Notes: generated by a model not told the origin, from the sequence alone. Positions 11,783 to 21,980 are shown, counted from the stretch's first letter. The stretch is 64,000 nt of DNA from an uncultured Candidatus Rokubacteria bacterium (GCA_963747235.1 CAVVEU010000024.1:512001-576000); one strand, 5' to 3'. Numbers and translations are program-made.

Positions 11783-12781
11783 ATGCAGGAGCTGGTGCTT
11801 CCAGTCCGTCACGAATGGCTCGCCCGGGAGCGCGCCTACGGGAAGATCGCGATCGAGCCCTTCGAGCCGGGCTTTGCCCTGACGGCGGGCAATGCCTACC
11901 GCCGGGTGCTGCTGTCGTCCATCACGGGGTCCGCGCCCACCTGGGTCAAGATCGAGGGGGTGCTGCACGAGTTCTCGCACCTGGTCGGGATGCGCGAGGA
12001 CACCCTCGACATCATCCTGAACCTGCGCAAGCTCGTGTTCACGCTGCACGTCAACCGCCCCAAGCTGCTCCGGCTGAAGGTGCAGGGGGTGCGGACGGTG
12101 ACCGCGCGGGACTTCGAGCCCGATCCGGACGTGGAGATCCTGACGCCGGACGTGGCGCTGGCCACGCTGGACAAGGACGGCAGCCTCGAGATGGAAGTGT
12201 GCGTGGAGCGCGGGCGGGGCTACCAGGCGGCGGAGAAGCGCGAGCCGGAGGCGCTGCCCATCAACGCGATGATGATGGACGCGGACTTCTCGCCGGTGAA
12301 GCGCGTGAACTTCCACGTGGAGCCGAAGGGCGCGCACGAGCGGCTCATCATGGAAGTGTGGACCAACGGGACGGTGACGCCGGAGATGGCGGTGGCCGAC
12401 GCCTCGCGGATCCTCGACGACCAGTTCGCGCTGCTGATCGACTTCCCGACCACGCCGCCGGTGCAGACCGAGGGGACCGAGGCCGTCGCGGGCGAGCCCG
12501 CGCCGCGGAGCGAGGTGAACGAGCACCTCTTCCGCAACGTGGACGAGCTCGAGCTGTCGGTGCGCGCGTCCAACTGCCTCAAGACCGCGAACATCCGGAC
12601 CATCGCGGATCTCGTGCAGAAGACCGAGTCGGAGCTGCTGAAGACCAAGAATTTCGGCAAGAAGTCGCTGAACGAGATCAAGACCATCCTGGGGGAGATG
12701 GGGCTCTCCCTGGGCATGCGTCTCGATCCCGAAGAGCTGGAGCGGCTGCGCGCTCACTACGAGCGCGCGTTCGAGACCTAG
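11783..12781 (+). CDS. rpoA: DNA-directed RNA polymerase subunit alpha (stand-alone, divergent NTD)
   Basis: [60 protein letters not shown]. Confidence 0.96.
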   Translation: MQELVLPVRHEWLARERAYGKIAIEPFEPGFALTAGNAYRRVLLSSITGSAPTWVKIEGVLHEFSHLVGMREDTLDIILNLRKLVFTLHVNRPKLLRLKVQGVRTVTARDFEPDPDVEILTPDVALATLDKDGSLEMEVCVERGRGYQAAEKREPEALPINAMMMDADFSPVKRVNFHVEPKGAHERLIMEVWTNGTVTPEMAVADASRILDDQFALLIDFPTTPPVQTEGTEAVAGEPAPRSEVNEHLFRNVDELELSVRASNCLKTANIRTIADLVQKTESELLKTKNFGKKSLNEIKTILGEMGLSLGMRLDPEELERLRAHYERAFET

Positions 12782-12820
12782 ACCGCCTCCCGCTTCCCGC
12801 GCGTCCACCACGGCCTCCGG

Positions 12821-15229
12821 TCATCCGGGGGCCGTGCTGTTTTCGGGGGTCTTTTCCGAGATCGTTTCGGGGTCGAGCTCCCAGGTCTCGGTGACGCCGC
12901 GGGCCCACGCGGTCACGCGCAGCACGCGTCCGTCGGTCTCCAGGATGACCGCGCCGTCGCGGTCGGTGCGGTAGACGCGCGCGCCCGCCGCGTCGAGGCG
13001 GGCGAGCGCCTCCGCGCTCGGGTGGCGGAAGGGATTGCGTGCGCCCACCGAGATCACCGCGAGCCGCGGCCGGGCCCGCTCGAGGAACGGCGCGGTGGAG
13101 GAGAACCGGCTGCCGTGATGCGCGACCTTGAGCGCGAGGGCGGCCACCGGGCCGGCACGCTCGAGCAGTAGCGCCTCGCCGCGGGCGCCCAGGTCGCCCG
13201 CGAGCAGCAGCGACACGCCACGCCAGTCGAGCCGCAACACCAGCGACTGGTCATTGGCCGTCTGCGCCGGCTCCGGACCGGGGCCGAGCACCGTGATCAG
13301 CGCGCTTCCGAGCCAGAGGCGCTGGCCGGCCGCCAGCACGCGGCGGGGCGCGCGCGAGCGGAGCAGCGCGGCCACCGTCTCCGGCGCGCCGCCCGAAGGG
13401 CGCCCGCTTTCCCAGAACTCGCCCACGTGGAAGTGGGTGAGGACGGCGGCGAGCCCGCCGGAGTGATCGGCGTCCCAGTGGGTGAGCGCGACCGCGTCCA
13501 GCCGGGCGAGCGGCCGGTTCCAGAGAAACGGCGCCAGCACGCGCTCGCCCACGTCGAAGCGGCGGACGCCGCCGGGCCCGCCGTCCACGAGCAGGCGCGG
13601 CCCCTCGGGCAGCTCGATCAGCGCCGCGTCCCCCTGGCCGACGTCGAGGAACGTCACGCGGAGCATGGTCTCGGTCGGCCGGAGCCACGGCCAGATCGAG
13701 AGCGCCGCCACCAGGACCACCAGAACCCCCATCACGACCCGGATGCGGCGGGACGCGGCCATCCCCGGCGCGAGGAGGACCGCGCCGTACCAGGCGACCG
13801 CGGTCGCCGCGGACGGCGCCGGCAGGTGCACCATCGCGGCGGGCAGGGCGGCCGCCAGGGAGACGCCCGCGCGCAGCGCGATCAGGACGAGCCAGAGCGC
13901 GTGGAAGAGCAGCGCGGCGAGCGCGCCCGAGGCCAGCTCGACCAGCAGCGCGAGCATGCCGAGGGTCGTCGCCACCGCGGCGAGCGGCACCACGAGCAGG
14001 TTGGCGACCACGCCGATCAGCGAGAGCTGATTGAAGTGGGCGAGCATGAGCGGCGTGACCGCGGCCTGCGCGCCCAGGCTCACCGCCACCGCCGCCGCGA
14101 GCCAGGCGGGCGCGCCGCGCGCGACGAGGCGCGCCGTGATGACCGGCCCGAGGTAGACGATGCCCGCGGTGGCCGCGAAGGAGAGCTGGAAGCCGGGCTC
14201 CCAGAGATCGCCGGGCCGCCAGAGCAGGAGCGCGAGCACCGCGAGGGCCAGCGCGTTGGGGAGCTGGGACTCGCGGTCGAGCAGCAGGGCGGCGAGCAGC
14301 AGCAACCCCATCACGGTGGCACGCAGCACGGACGGCTGGCCGCCCACGACCAGCGCGAACCCGACGAGCACGACGGCGGCCACGCCCGCGGCGCCGCGGC
14401 GCGGGACCCCGCACATGGCCAGCCCGCCGAACACCGCGCCCGCGAGCAGCGCCACGTTGAAGCCCGACACCGCGAGGATGTGGTAGACGCCGGCCCGCCG
14501 GAAGCCGGCGTCGATTTCACGAGGCAGCGCCGACCGCTCCCCGAGCAGCAGGCCCGCCAGCAGCGCGGCCGACGTCTCCGGCAGGCGCGCGGTGATGACG
14601 CCGACGGCCCAGCGCTTCACCGCCACCGGCCACGGCGGAGCATCCGGCGTCAGCGCGGTGATCCGATCCGATCGCGCGTGGCCGACCAGGAGAATGCCCT
14701 CGCGCCGCAGATGTTCCGGATAGTCGAAGCCGCCGGGGTTCCGGAAGCCGACGGGCCGATGGAGCCGCGCGTCCACGAGCACGCGCTGGTCCTCGCCGAG
14801 CGGGAGCGCGAGCTCGCCGTAGACGGTGAGCTGGACGCGGCCCACCGCGGGCAGCCGCTCGGGACCCGCGTGCAGGGCGTCCACGTCGAGCAGGAGCCGC
14901 GTGCGATCCGGCGTCCAGCGGACCGGCTCCTCGGCGAGCCGCCCCTCCAGCGCCAGCGTCCCGACGAGCGCCCGCCGGGCCAGGTGATCGGCGGGCAGAG
15001 GCGACCCGGCGACGCGTAGCGCGCCCAGCAGGGTCAGGCCGGCCAGGACCAGCACCAGCGCCGCGCGCGGATGCCGGCGGCTCGCGAGCGCGGCGAGCAG
15101 GAGCATGCCGGCCGCGGCGACGAGCAGGCGCGGCGTGGGGAGCGATAGCCACGCGGCCGCCGCGATGCCCGCGGTGACGGCCGCCGCGGGCGGCAGGAGC
15201 GGCGCGGTCGCGAGCCGCCGCTCAATCAC
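12821..15229 (-). CDS. comEC: DNA uptake channel ComEC/Rec2
   Basis: NPGGFDY, HILAVSGFNV, GFQLSFAA, FLDVGQGDA, THWDADHSGG, KVAHHGS. Confidence 0.95.
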   Translation of the reverse strand: MIERRLATAPLLPPAAAVTAGIAAAAWLSLPTPRLLVAAAGMLLLAALASRRHPRAALVLVLAGLTLLGALRVAGSPLPADHLARRALVGTLALEGRLAEEPVRWTPDRTRLLLDVDALHAGPERLPAVGRVQLTVYGELALPLGEDQRVLVDARLHRPVGFRNPGGFDYPEHLRREGILLVGHARSDRITALTPDAPPWPVAVKRWAVGVITARLPETSAALLAGLLLGERSALPREIDAGFRRAGVYHILAVSGFNVALLAGAVFGGLAMCGVPRRGAAGVAAVVLVGFALVVGGQPSVLRATVMGLLLLAALLLDRESQLPNALALAVLALLLWRPGDLWEPGFQLSFAATAGIVYLGPVITARLVARGAPAWLAAAVAVSLGAQAAVTPLMLAHFNQLSLIGVVANLLVVPLAAVATTLGMLALLVELASGALAALLFHALWLVLIALRAGVSLAAALPAAMVHLPAPSAATAVAWYGAVLLAPGMAASRRIRVVMGVLVVLVAALSIWPWLRPTETMLRVTFLDVGQGDAALIELPEGPRLLVDGGPGGVRRFDVGERVLAPFLWNRPLARLDAVALTHWDADHSGGLAAVLTHFHVGEFWESGRPSGGAPETVAALLRSRAPRRVLAAGQRLWLGSALITVLGPGPEPAQTANDQSLVLRLDWRGVSLLLAGDLGARGEALLLERAGPVAALALKVAHHGSRFSSTAPFLERARPRLAVISVGARNPFRHPSAEALARLDAAGARVYRTDRDGAVILETDGRVLRVTAWARGVTETWELDPETISEKTPENSTAPG

Positions 15230-15659
15230 TCACGGTGATGAAGCGTCGGATGGCGGCGAGCTTCTTCGGCCCCATGCCCAGGACATAGCGGAGCGCCTCG
15301 GGCGAGTCGAAGCGGCCGCGTCGCTCGCGCTCCTCCACGATGCGCTGCGCGAGCCCCGGCCCCACGCCGGGCAACGCGGCCAGCTCCGCGGCGGCGGCGC
15401 GGTTGACGTCGAGGGGCTTGATCGGCGCCGGCTCGGGCGCCGCCGCCGCGGGCGGGGTCGCGCGCGCGGGGGCGGGTGGCGGTGTCGGCGCCCCGGGCGT
15501 CTCGCCCACGAGGGGCGCCACCGGCTCGTCGCGATCGAATCGCTCCAGCCGCAGCGCCGCATCGGGGAAGCCGGCGCGCCATTCGCGCACGCCCAGCCCC
15601 ACGAGCAGGGTGAGCGCCAGCAGGATCAGGAGGCGGAGCTGCGGGAGGGAGTAGAGCAC
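15222..15659 (-). CDS. comEA: ComEA-like helix-hairpin-helix DNA-binding protein
   Basis: TM anchor plus LDVNRA..ELAALPGVGPGLAQRIV; GGAGG before GTG 15659. Confidence 0.85.
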   Translation of the reverse strand: MLYSLPQLRLLILLALTLLVGLGVREWRAGFPDAALRLERFDRDEPVAPLVGETPGAPTPPPAPARATPPAAAAPEPAPIKPLDVNRAAAAELAALPGVGPGLAQRIVEERERRGRFDSPEALRYVLGMGPKKLAAIRRFITVSD

Positions 15660-15803
15660 GCCTCCACCGTCCCACGACGATCCCGGGCTCGGCCAGAGTG
15701 CCAATCGGGATACGCCCCGCGGCGGCCCGGTCCCGACCAGCCGTGCTACACTTCGGAGCGCTTCGAGGTTGGCGCAGCCTCCTCAGCGCATCAGCGAACG
15801 CAC

Positions 15804-16133
15804 GTGCTCGAAAATCTCGTCATCCTGCTGATCATGGCCGGCCTGCTCGGCGGATTCTCGCTGTTTCTGTTCTTTCGCCTGCAGCGCAAGCAGCGGCGGG
15901 CGCCCTGGCGGCGGGAAGCGGGAATCCAGAACAACCGGCGCCTGGAGCGGCGGACGTTCGTGATCGGGGTCTGCGTGGTGCTCGTCCTGGTGGCCGGCAT
16001 CGTCGCGCTCCAGCTCAGCCGGCGCCCGTCCTGCGTCGGACGGTTCGTGATGATCACGGGGCCGGGTGGGACCAAGCTCGAGTGCACCTGCGAGCGCGGG
16101 CGCCTCGGCGTCTGCTTCGATCCCGGGCCCTAG
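15804..16133 (+). CDS. Small two-TM hypothetical protein with Cys-rich C-terminus
   Basis: Two hydrophobic helices, then SCVGRF...ECTCERGRLGVCFDP. Confidence 0.55.
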   Translation: MLENLVILLIMAGLLGGFSLFLFFRLQRKQRRAPWRREAGIQNNRRLERRTFVIGVCVVLVLVAGIVALQLSRRPSCVGRFVMITGPGGTKLECTCERGRLGVCFDPGP

Positions 16134-16141
16134 CGGGCCGC

Positions 16142-16978
16142 TCAGATCAGGCCGAAGCCGTGGCCCCGGATGAACGGCCCGAAGTTGTGGCGCTCCGGCA
16201 CCGAGTACTGACGCGCCTTGTCCTCCGACCAGCCGTAGGGCTCCGAATACCCGAAGCGTTCCACGAAGCGCTGGTTCTCCTTCGGGGTGGCGTGCCGGCC
16301 CTCGCGACGGGTGTCGTAGGCCGCGAGCTGCGCGGGCAGATCCGCGTCGTCGTAGCGGTCGGTGTGGACGCTCACCACGGGGGGTAGCCGCATGCTGGTC
16401 CACCCGGGCTGCAGCGGATAGCCCACGCAGAGCCCGGCCACCGGGAAGACGCCGGGCGGCAGCTCGAGCAGCGCGGCGACCTTCTCGACGTGGTTGCGCA
16501 CCACGCTGATCGGGCAGCAGCCGAGGCCGAGCGCCTCCGCCGCGGTGATGAAGGCCTGCAGCACCAGCCCCGCGTCCACCGCCGCGTTCATGAACATGTC
16601 GAGCGTGTCGTTGGGGAAGGGGCGCGCGCGCAGCTCGCTCACCCGGCGGATGCGCCGGTGGTCGCCGCAGAACACCATGAAGAGCGGGGCCTGCGCGATC
16701 CACGGCATGTCCGGGATCCATGCGCCGATGGTGGCTTGCTTGATCCGGTCTCGCACGAGCACGATGCCGACCTGCTGCAGGTCCGACTTCGACGGCGCGG
16801 AGAGCGCGCCGGCCAGGGCCATCTCGAGCACGTCGTCCGGAATCGGGTCGGGCTTGTAGCGGCGCTGCGTCCGGTGCGAGAGCAGCAGGGCGAGGGCGCC
16901 TTCGGCGGGCCGCGCGCGCCCGGCCTCGGTCGGCAGGCCGAAGCGCTCCTGGATGAGATCCGCGATGGTCTTGCTCAC
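16142..16978 (-). CDS. Nitroreductase / NADPH-dependent flavin reductase (NfsA/Frp-like)
   Basis: HRTQRRY, SAPSKSDLQ, AEALGLGCCPIS, AGLCVGYP. Confidence 0.88.
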   Translation of the reverse strand: MSKTIADLIQERFGLPTEAGRARPAEGALALLLSHRTQRRYKPDPIPDDVLEMALAGALSAPSKSDLQQVGIVLVRDRIKQATIGAWIPDMPWIAQAPLFMVFCGDHRRIRRVSELRARPFPNDTLDMFMNAAVDAGLVLQAFITAAEALGLGCCPISVVRNHVEKVAALLELPPGVFPVAGLCVGYPLQPGWTSMRLPPVVSVHTDRYDDADLPAQLAAYDTRREGRHATPKENQRFVERFGYSEPYGWSEDKARQYSVPERHNFGPFIRGHGFGLI

Positions 16979-18090
16979 GGCGTGAGCGCCGCGCGGGTGA
17001 TCGTCGTGGTCTCCCGGTTGTGCCACTCCGAGGCCGCGAAGGCCTCGTTGATCTGCTCGAGCGGGTAGGTGTGCGAGAGGATGCGGTGCCATGGCCGGCT
17101 CTCGCGCGTGCGCACGAGGAAGTCGAGCGCGCGCGGGATCACCCACGGGTCGTACTGGATCACGCCGACGATCTTCTTGGAGCCCCAGACGAGCAGCGCG
17201 GGCTCCAGCTCCACCTTGGCCCCGCGGCTGATGGTGCCGATCTCCAGATAGGTCCCGCCCGAGCGGAGCATCTCGATGCCCTCGGGGATCACCGCGGGGA
17301 AGCCCACCAGGTCGCACGCCACGTCCGCGCCGACCCCGCCCGTCCACTGGCGCACCAGCTTCACGCGCTCGCGCCGGTCGGTCACTTCCTTGACGTTGAT
17401 CGTGTGGTCCGCCCCGAAGGCGCGCGCCAGCTCGAGGCGCCCCGGGATCTGGTCCACCACGATCACGGTCTGCGCGCCCAGGTCCTTGGCCACCGCGGCC
17501 GCCTGGATGCCGAGGCCGCCCGCGCCCTGGATCACCACCGAGTCGCCCTGGCGGAGCCCGGCCACGTGCAGACCGTAGAAGACCTGGGAGAGCGCGCAGT
17601 TCACGCCCGCCACCGCCTCGTCGGACAGCGAATCCGGCACCACGAAGATCTGGCCGCGCGGGCGCAGGTAGTAGTGGTCGGCGAAGGCGCCGTGCAGGTG
17701 CGGAAACGCGCTCGGGCCGAGCGGCCGCTCGAGCTTGTTGGGGCAGGCCGCGGGCTCCTGGTGGAGGCACGCGTAGCAGCGCCCGCACGGGTAGAAGTAG
17801 GTGTAGGCGACGCGGTCGCCTTCCTTGAGCGGGCGGCCGAGCGAGTCGGTCTTGATCTTCGCGCCGAGGCGGGCCACGCGCCCGGTCATCTCGTGGCCGA
17901 AGATCCAGCCGTCGTCGGGCAGGCGCAGCGGCGCGTCGCCGCGCCAGAAGTGGAGGTCGGAGCCGCAGATGTTGGCGTGGCTGACCCGGATCAGCACGCC
18001 CTCCGGTTCGACCTCGGGGATCGGCACCTGGCGGATCTCGAAGGGCTTGCCGGGCCCGAAGAAGACGGCCGCCCGCGCGGTGGTGGCCAC
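16975..18090 (-). CDS. Zinc-binding alcohol dehydrogenase (MDR family)
   Basis: ICGSDLH, GHEMTG, CGRCYAC...C, GAGGLG. Confidence 0.92.
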   Translation of the reverse strand: MATTARAAVFFGPGKPFEIRQVPIPEVEPEGVLIRVSHANICGSDLHFWRGDAPLRLPDDGWIFGHEMTGRVARLGAKIKTDSLGRPLKEGDRVAYTYFYPCGRCYACLHQEPAACPNKLERPLGPSAFPHLHGAFADHYYLRPRGQIFVVPDSLSDEAVAGVNCALSQVFYGLHVAGLRQGDSVVIQGAGGLGIQAAAVAKDLGAQTVIVVDQIPGRLELARAFGADHTINVKEVTDRRERVKLVRQWTGGVGADVACDLVGFPAVIPEGIEMLRSGGTYLEIGTISRGAKVELEPALLVWGSKKIVGVIQYDPWVIPRALDFLVRTRESRPWHRILSHTYPLEQINEAFAASEWHNRETTTITRAALTP

Positions 18091-18092
18091 GG

Positions 18093-19322
18093 TCAGACCC
18101 CCCGCTCGGCGCCGAGCGCGAAGACGTCGTGCAGCGCCCGCACCGCGAGCTCGGTGTACTTGTCCTCGATGACGCAGGAGACCGCGATCTCGGAGGTGGA
18201 GATCATCTGGATGTTGATGCCCTCGGCGGACAGGGTCTCGAACATGCGGGCGGCGACGCCGGCGTGGCTGCGCATGCCCACGCCCACCACGGACACCTTG
18301 GCCACCCGGTCGTCCGCGGTCACGCCCTCGGCGCCGATCTCGCGGGCCAGCCCGGCCAGCACCGTCTCCGCGCGGGTGCGATCGGCGCGCGGCAGGGTGA
18401 AGGAGATGTCGGTCAGCCCGTCGCGGCTGATGTTCTGCACGATCATGTCCACCACGATGTTCTGGGCGCCGAGGCCGCCGAACACGCGCGAGGCGATGCC
18501 CGGCCGGTCGGGCACGCGCAGGATCGAGACCTTGGCCTGTCCCCGATCATGGGTGATGCCGGTCACCACCACGTCTTCCATGCTGTAATCCTCCCTGGTC
18601 ACGAGCGTGCCCGGGTCTGGCTTGAAGGTGGAGCGCACGTGAACCGGGACGTTGTGCTTCTTGGCGAACTCGACGGAGCGGGACTGGAGCACCTTCGCTC
18701 CGAGCGCGGCCATCTCGAGCATCTCGTCGTAGGAGATGCGCGGCAGCTTGCGCGCGTCGGGCACCACGTTGGGGTCGGCGGTGTAGACGCCGTCCACGTC
18801 GGTGAAGATCTCGCACACGTCGGCCTTGAGCGCGGCGGCGAGCGCGACCCCGGTGAGGTCGGAGCCGCCGCGGCCGAGGGTGGTGATGTCGCCGTCCTCG
18901 GTGGTGCCCTGGAAGCCCGCGATCACCGCGACGCGCCCCGCGTCGAGCGCGGCGTGGATGCGCTCGGCGGTGATGCGCTTGATGCGGGCGCGCGTGTGCC
19001 CCGCGTCGGTGACCATGCCGATCTGCGGCCCGGTGAACGAGCAGGCGGGATGGCCGAGGGACTGGAGCGCCATCGCGAGGAGCCCGATGGTGACCTGCTC
19101 GCCGGTGGAGAGGATCATGTCCATCTCGCGGGGATCCGGCGTGGCCGTGATCGCCGCGGCCAGGGAGAGGAGGCCGTCGGTGGTCTTGCCCATCGCGGAG
19201 ACCACGACGACCATGCGATGGCCGAGGCGGGCGGACTCCGCCACGCGCCGGGCCACGTTCTTGATCTTCTCGGCGTCGGCGACGGAGGAGCCACCATACT
19301 TCTGGACGATCAGCAGGCCCAT
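18093..19322 (-). CDS. lysC: Aspartate kinase
   Basis: [26 protein letters not shown], two ACT domains. Confidence 0.96.
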   Translation of the reverse strand: MGLLIVQKYGGSSVADAEKIKNVARRVAESARLGHRMVVVVSAMGKTTDGLLSLAAAITATPDPREMDMILSTGEQVTIGLLAMALQSLGHPACSFTGPQIGMVTDAGHTRARIKRITAERIHAALDAGRVAVIAGFQGTTEDGDITTLGRGGSDLTGVALAAALKADVCEIFTDVDGVYTADPNVVPDARKLPRISYDEMLEMAALGAKVLQSRSVEFAKKHNVPVHVRSTFKPDPGTLVTREDYSMEDVVVTGITHDRGQAKVSILRVPDRPGIASRVFGGLGAQNIVVDMIVQNISRDGLTDISFTLPRADRTRAETVLAGLAREIGAEGVTADDRVAKVSVVGVGMRSHAGVAARMFETLSAEGINIQMISTSEIAVSCVIEDKYTELAVRALHDVFALGAERGV

Positions 19323-19374
19323 GAGAGGGCCATCCTACACGACGCCCGCGCGGAGTGTAAAGCCGCGCCCGGCT

Positions 19375-19986
19375 TCAGCGCGGGCGGCGACCGGGGTCGC
19401 CGCCGTCGTCGCGCGGCGGCCGGATCTCGCGCGGCGCCGACTGGCGGCGCTGCCGTAGCTGCTCGCGGGCCTGCTGGCGCTGCTCGGGGGTCATGGTGCG
19501 CCACCGCTCGAGGTTCCGGTCGAGCCGCTCGCGCTGCTCCGGCGTGAGCGCCTGGTAGCGCTCGTAGCGCTGCTGGATCTGCTGCCGCCGGTCCGGCGGG
19601 AGCTGCTGGTATCGCTCGTAGGCCCGCTCGAGCTCGCGCTTGCGATCGTCGGGGAGCTGGTTCCAGCGCTGGAAGTCCTGCATGATCCGCGCGCGCTCGC
19701 TCGGCGGCATCTGGCGGTAGCGCTGGAGATTCTGGCGTGCGTTCTGGCGCTCCTCGGGGGACAGGCTCTTCCAGTGGCGGTAGTTCTCGAGCGCGCGCTC
19801 CCGCTGCTCGGGCGTCATGGTGCGCCACCGCTCCAGGTTGCGCTCGGCCGCCGCGCGCTCCTCCGGCGAGAGCCGCTCGAGGCCCTGGATGGGCGCGCCC
19901 GCGGGCGGCGGCGGGGGCGGCGCCTGGGCGGACGCCGCGGCGGCGAGCCCCAGCACCGCGGCCACGACGAGCGCGATGAGGCGCAT
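19375..19986 (-). CDS. DUF3106-like secreted helical-repeat protein
   Basis: Signal peptide (AAASA) and repeated W/Y-x-x-L/M-S/T-PE-E/Q-R units. Confidence 0.75.
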   Translation of the reverse strand: MRLIALVVAAVLGLAAAASAQAPPPPPPAGAPIQGLERLSPEERAAAERNLERWRTMTPEQRERALENYRHWKSLSPEERQNARQNLQRYRQMPPSERARIMQDFQRWNQLPDDRKRELERAYERYQQLPPDRRQQIQQRYERYQALTPEQRERLDRNLERWRTMTPEQRQQAREQLRQRRQSAPREIRPPRDDGGDPGRRPR

Positions 19987-20285
19987 CACTTCACGCTCCG
20001 GGTGGGCGGCGGCGGCGGGGGCGACGACGCGGAGTCGGGCCCGCCCGCGGCCTCCTGCGCGCGCTGGCTCTCGAGCATGCGCAGCCGCTCGAAGAAGCCC
20101 ATGCGCCGCGCCACCTCGCGGTCGCGCGCGTAGTCGGGACTGCTCAGCAGGTCGAGGTCTCTCAGCATCTCCGCGTCCACCGCCTCCGGCGCGCCCGCGC
20201 GCCCACCGCGCTCGGCCGCGCCCGCTTCGCTCACTCCCGCCAGCGCCAGCGCCGCGAGGCCGACGGGCCAGATCCATGGGGTCAC
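19986..20285 (-). CDS. Small secreted hypothetical protein in ECF operon
   Basis: Signal-like N-terminus, EMLRDLDLL motif, coupled to the downstream gene. Confidence 0.65.
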   Translation of the reverse strand: MTPWIWPVGLAALALAGVSEAGAAERGGRAGAPEAVDAEMLRDLDLLSSPDYARDREVARRMGFFERLRMLESQRAQEAAGGPDSASSPPPPPPTRSVK

Positions 20286-20288
20286 CGC

Positions 20289-20789
20289 TCAGCCCTTCTG
20301 GGGCTCCGGCAGCTCGTCCAGCTCGCCGATCACGTTGAAGTCCTCGAGCAGGTCGAGCTGCTGCACCACGTCGAGCCGCGCGATCATGTCGAGCTGGCTC
20401 GCCAGGATCGTGTTGTCCAGCGCGAGCGGATCGGGCGTGCGCACGCCGGCCGGCAGCCCGGTCATCACCAGCAGCGCCACGAGGCCCGCCGCCACCAGGG
20501 CGGGCAGCGGGCGCGCGAGCCACGCCCAGAGCCCGGCGCTCCCCCCGGCGCTGCCCGAGATCCGGCGCTCGAGCCGCTCGCGCAGCTCCGCGCGATAGGC
20601 GCCCCAGTGGATCGGGGGCGGCGCCGGCGCGGTCCGGGCCAGCTCCGTCATCAGCGCGCCGAACCGCTCGCGCGCCGCGCGGCAGTCGTCGCACGCCGAC
20701 AGGTGGGCGTCCACCCGCGCCCGGTCGGCCGGATCGAGCTCGCCGCGGACGTGATCGATCAGCCATTCGTCGACGTGTACGTCGTTCAT
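20289..20789 (-). CDS. Zinc-finger (zf-HC2) anti-sigma factor
   Basis: AHLSACDDC (HxxxCxxC), TM helix, ATGA overlap with sigma. Confidence 0.88.
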   Translation of the reverse strand: MNDVHVDEWLIDHVRGELDPADRARVDAHLSACDDCRAARERFGALMTELARTAPAPPPIHWGAYRAELRERLERRISGSAGGSAGLWAWLARPLPALVAAGLVALLVMTGLPAGVRTPDPLALDNTILASQLDMIARLDVVQQLDLLEDFNVIGELDELPEPQKG

Positions 20790-21364
20790 CCCTCGTCTCC
20801 GAGCCGCCGCCTGAGCGTGGAGAGCGCGCGGTGCAGATGGACCCGCACGGTGGCCTCCGACACGTTCAGCACGGCGGCGATGTCCTTCGTCGCCAGCCCC
20901 TCGCGGCACGACAGCGTCACCGCGGCGCGCTGCTGCGGCGAGAGGTCTTCCACCAGCGCCCAGACCTTCGTCATGCGCCGCTCCGTATCCATGCCCTCGA
21001 CCGGGTCCGTGAAGGGCGCGGGCGCCTGCTCCACCGGATCCGGCTCGTCGGGCCCGTCGGCGCGCTGGTCGCGCCAGCCGACGAGCCGCCGCCACCCGCG
21101 CCGGCGCCGCTGCTGGTCCAGGCAGCAGTTGACCAGGATGCGGTAGAACCAGGTCGAGAACTTCGACTGCCCCGCGAACGACCCGGCCGATTCGTGGAGG
21201 CGGATGAACGCTTCCTGCGAGCAATCCCGGGCGTCCTCGCGATCGCGCAGCACGGACCAGGCGATCCGGTAGGCCCGTTCCTGGTAGCGCTCCACCAGGA
21301 GATCGAAGGCTCCCGGTTCTCGCTCGGCGATCGCACGGCACAACTGTTCATCGCTCGACTCCAC
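20786..21364 (-). CDS. ECF RNA polymerase sigma factor
   Basis: DCSQEAFIRL, FSTWFYRILVNCCLD, SEATVRVHLHRA. Confidence 0.93.
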   Translation of the reverse strand: MESSDEQLCRAIAEREPGAFDLLVERYQERAYRIAWSVLRDREDARDCSQEAFIRLHESAGSFAGQSKFSTWFYRILVNCCLDQQRRRRGWRRLVGWRDQRADGPDEPDPVEQAPAPFTDPVEGMDTERRMTKVWALVEDLSPQQRAAVTLSCREGLATKDIAAVLNVSEATVRVHLHRALSTLRRRLGDEG

Positions 21365-21422
21365 GGGCGCCTCTCGCCCCGATCTTCCCACACGCGCGCA
21401 CGCGGCACCAATTCCCGCTCGA

Positions 21423-21885
21423 CTACCGCCCGCGCCGGTCCGCCACGTCCCGACGCAGCTCGCGCCGATCCTGGCGCAGGTCGCGCACGTCGTGCCGCCG
21501 GTCCTGCCGGTCCTTGCGGAGCTCGCGCCGATCCTGCCACCGGTCCCGGACATCGTCGCGGAGCTCGCGCCGGTCGCCCCGCAGCTCCTGCCGGGCCTGG
21601 CGCACCGCCTGCGGGTCGCCCGATCGAGTACGCGTCGCGCAGCTCCCGCCGGTCGCCGCGCAGCTCGCGTCGATCGTGGTGGATCTCGCGGGTATCACCG
21701 CGCAGCTCGCGCCGGTCCTCGCGGATCTCCCGGCTGTCCTGGCGGATCTCCCGGCGGTCGCGGCGCAGCTCCTGGACATCGTTGCGGATCTCCTGCGCGG
21801 AGGCCACCGTGCCGAGCAGCCCCATCGTCAGGCCCGCGGCCGTCACCGCGAGGGCCCGTCCCATCCACCGAGAATGCCTACTCAT
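21423..21885 (-). CDS. Secreted Arg/Asp-rich heptad-repeat protein (frameshift ~21628)
   Basis: Signal peptide ..VASA-QE then tandem E(L/I)RxDRR repeats. Confidence 0.75.
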
Positions 21886-21953
21886 CGATCTATCCTCCTG
21901 GTTTCACAGGGATTTCCTGAATCGAGCCCCGGCGTGCCGCCTTCACTAGATGA

Positions 21954-21980
21954 GACGCGGAGGGGCAAGCGCCTGTTTAC
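21954..21980 (-). promoter_or_regulatory. Putative ECF-sigma promoter of the operon
   Basis: GTAAAC-N17-CGTC on the minus strand (AAC/CGT pattern of ECF promoters). Confidence 0.55.

Noticed and set aside
21423-21800. 21-nt periodic repeats as a possible CRISPR array
   Set aside because: Degenerate, no unique spacers, no cas genes; they encode a heptad protein repeat.
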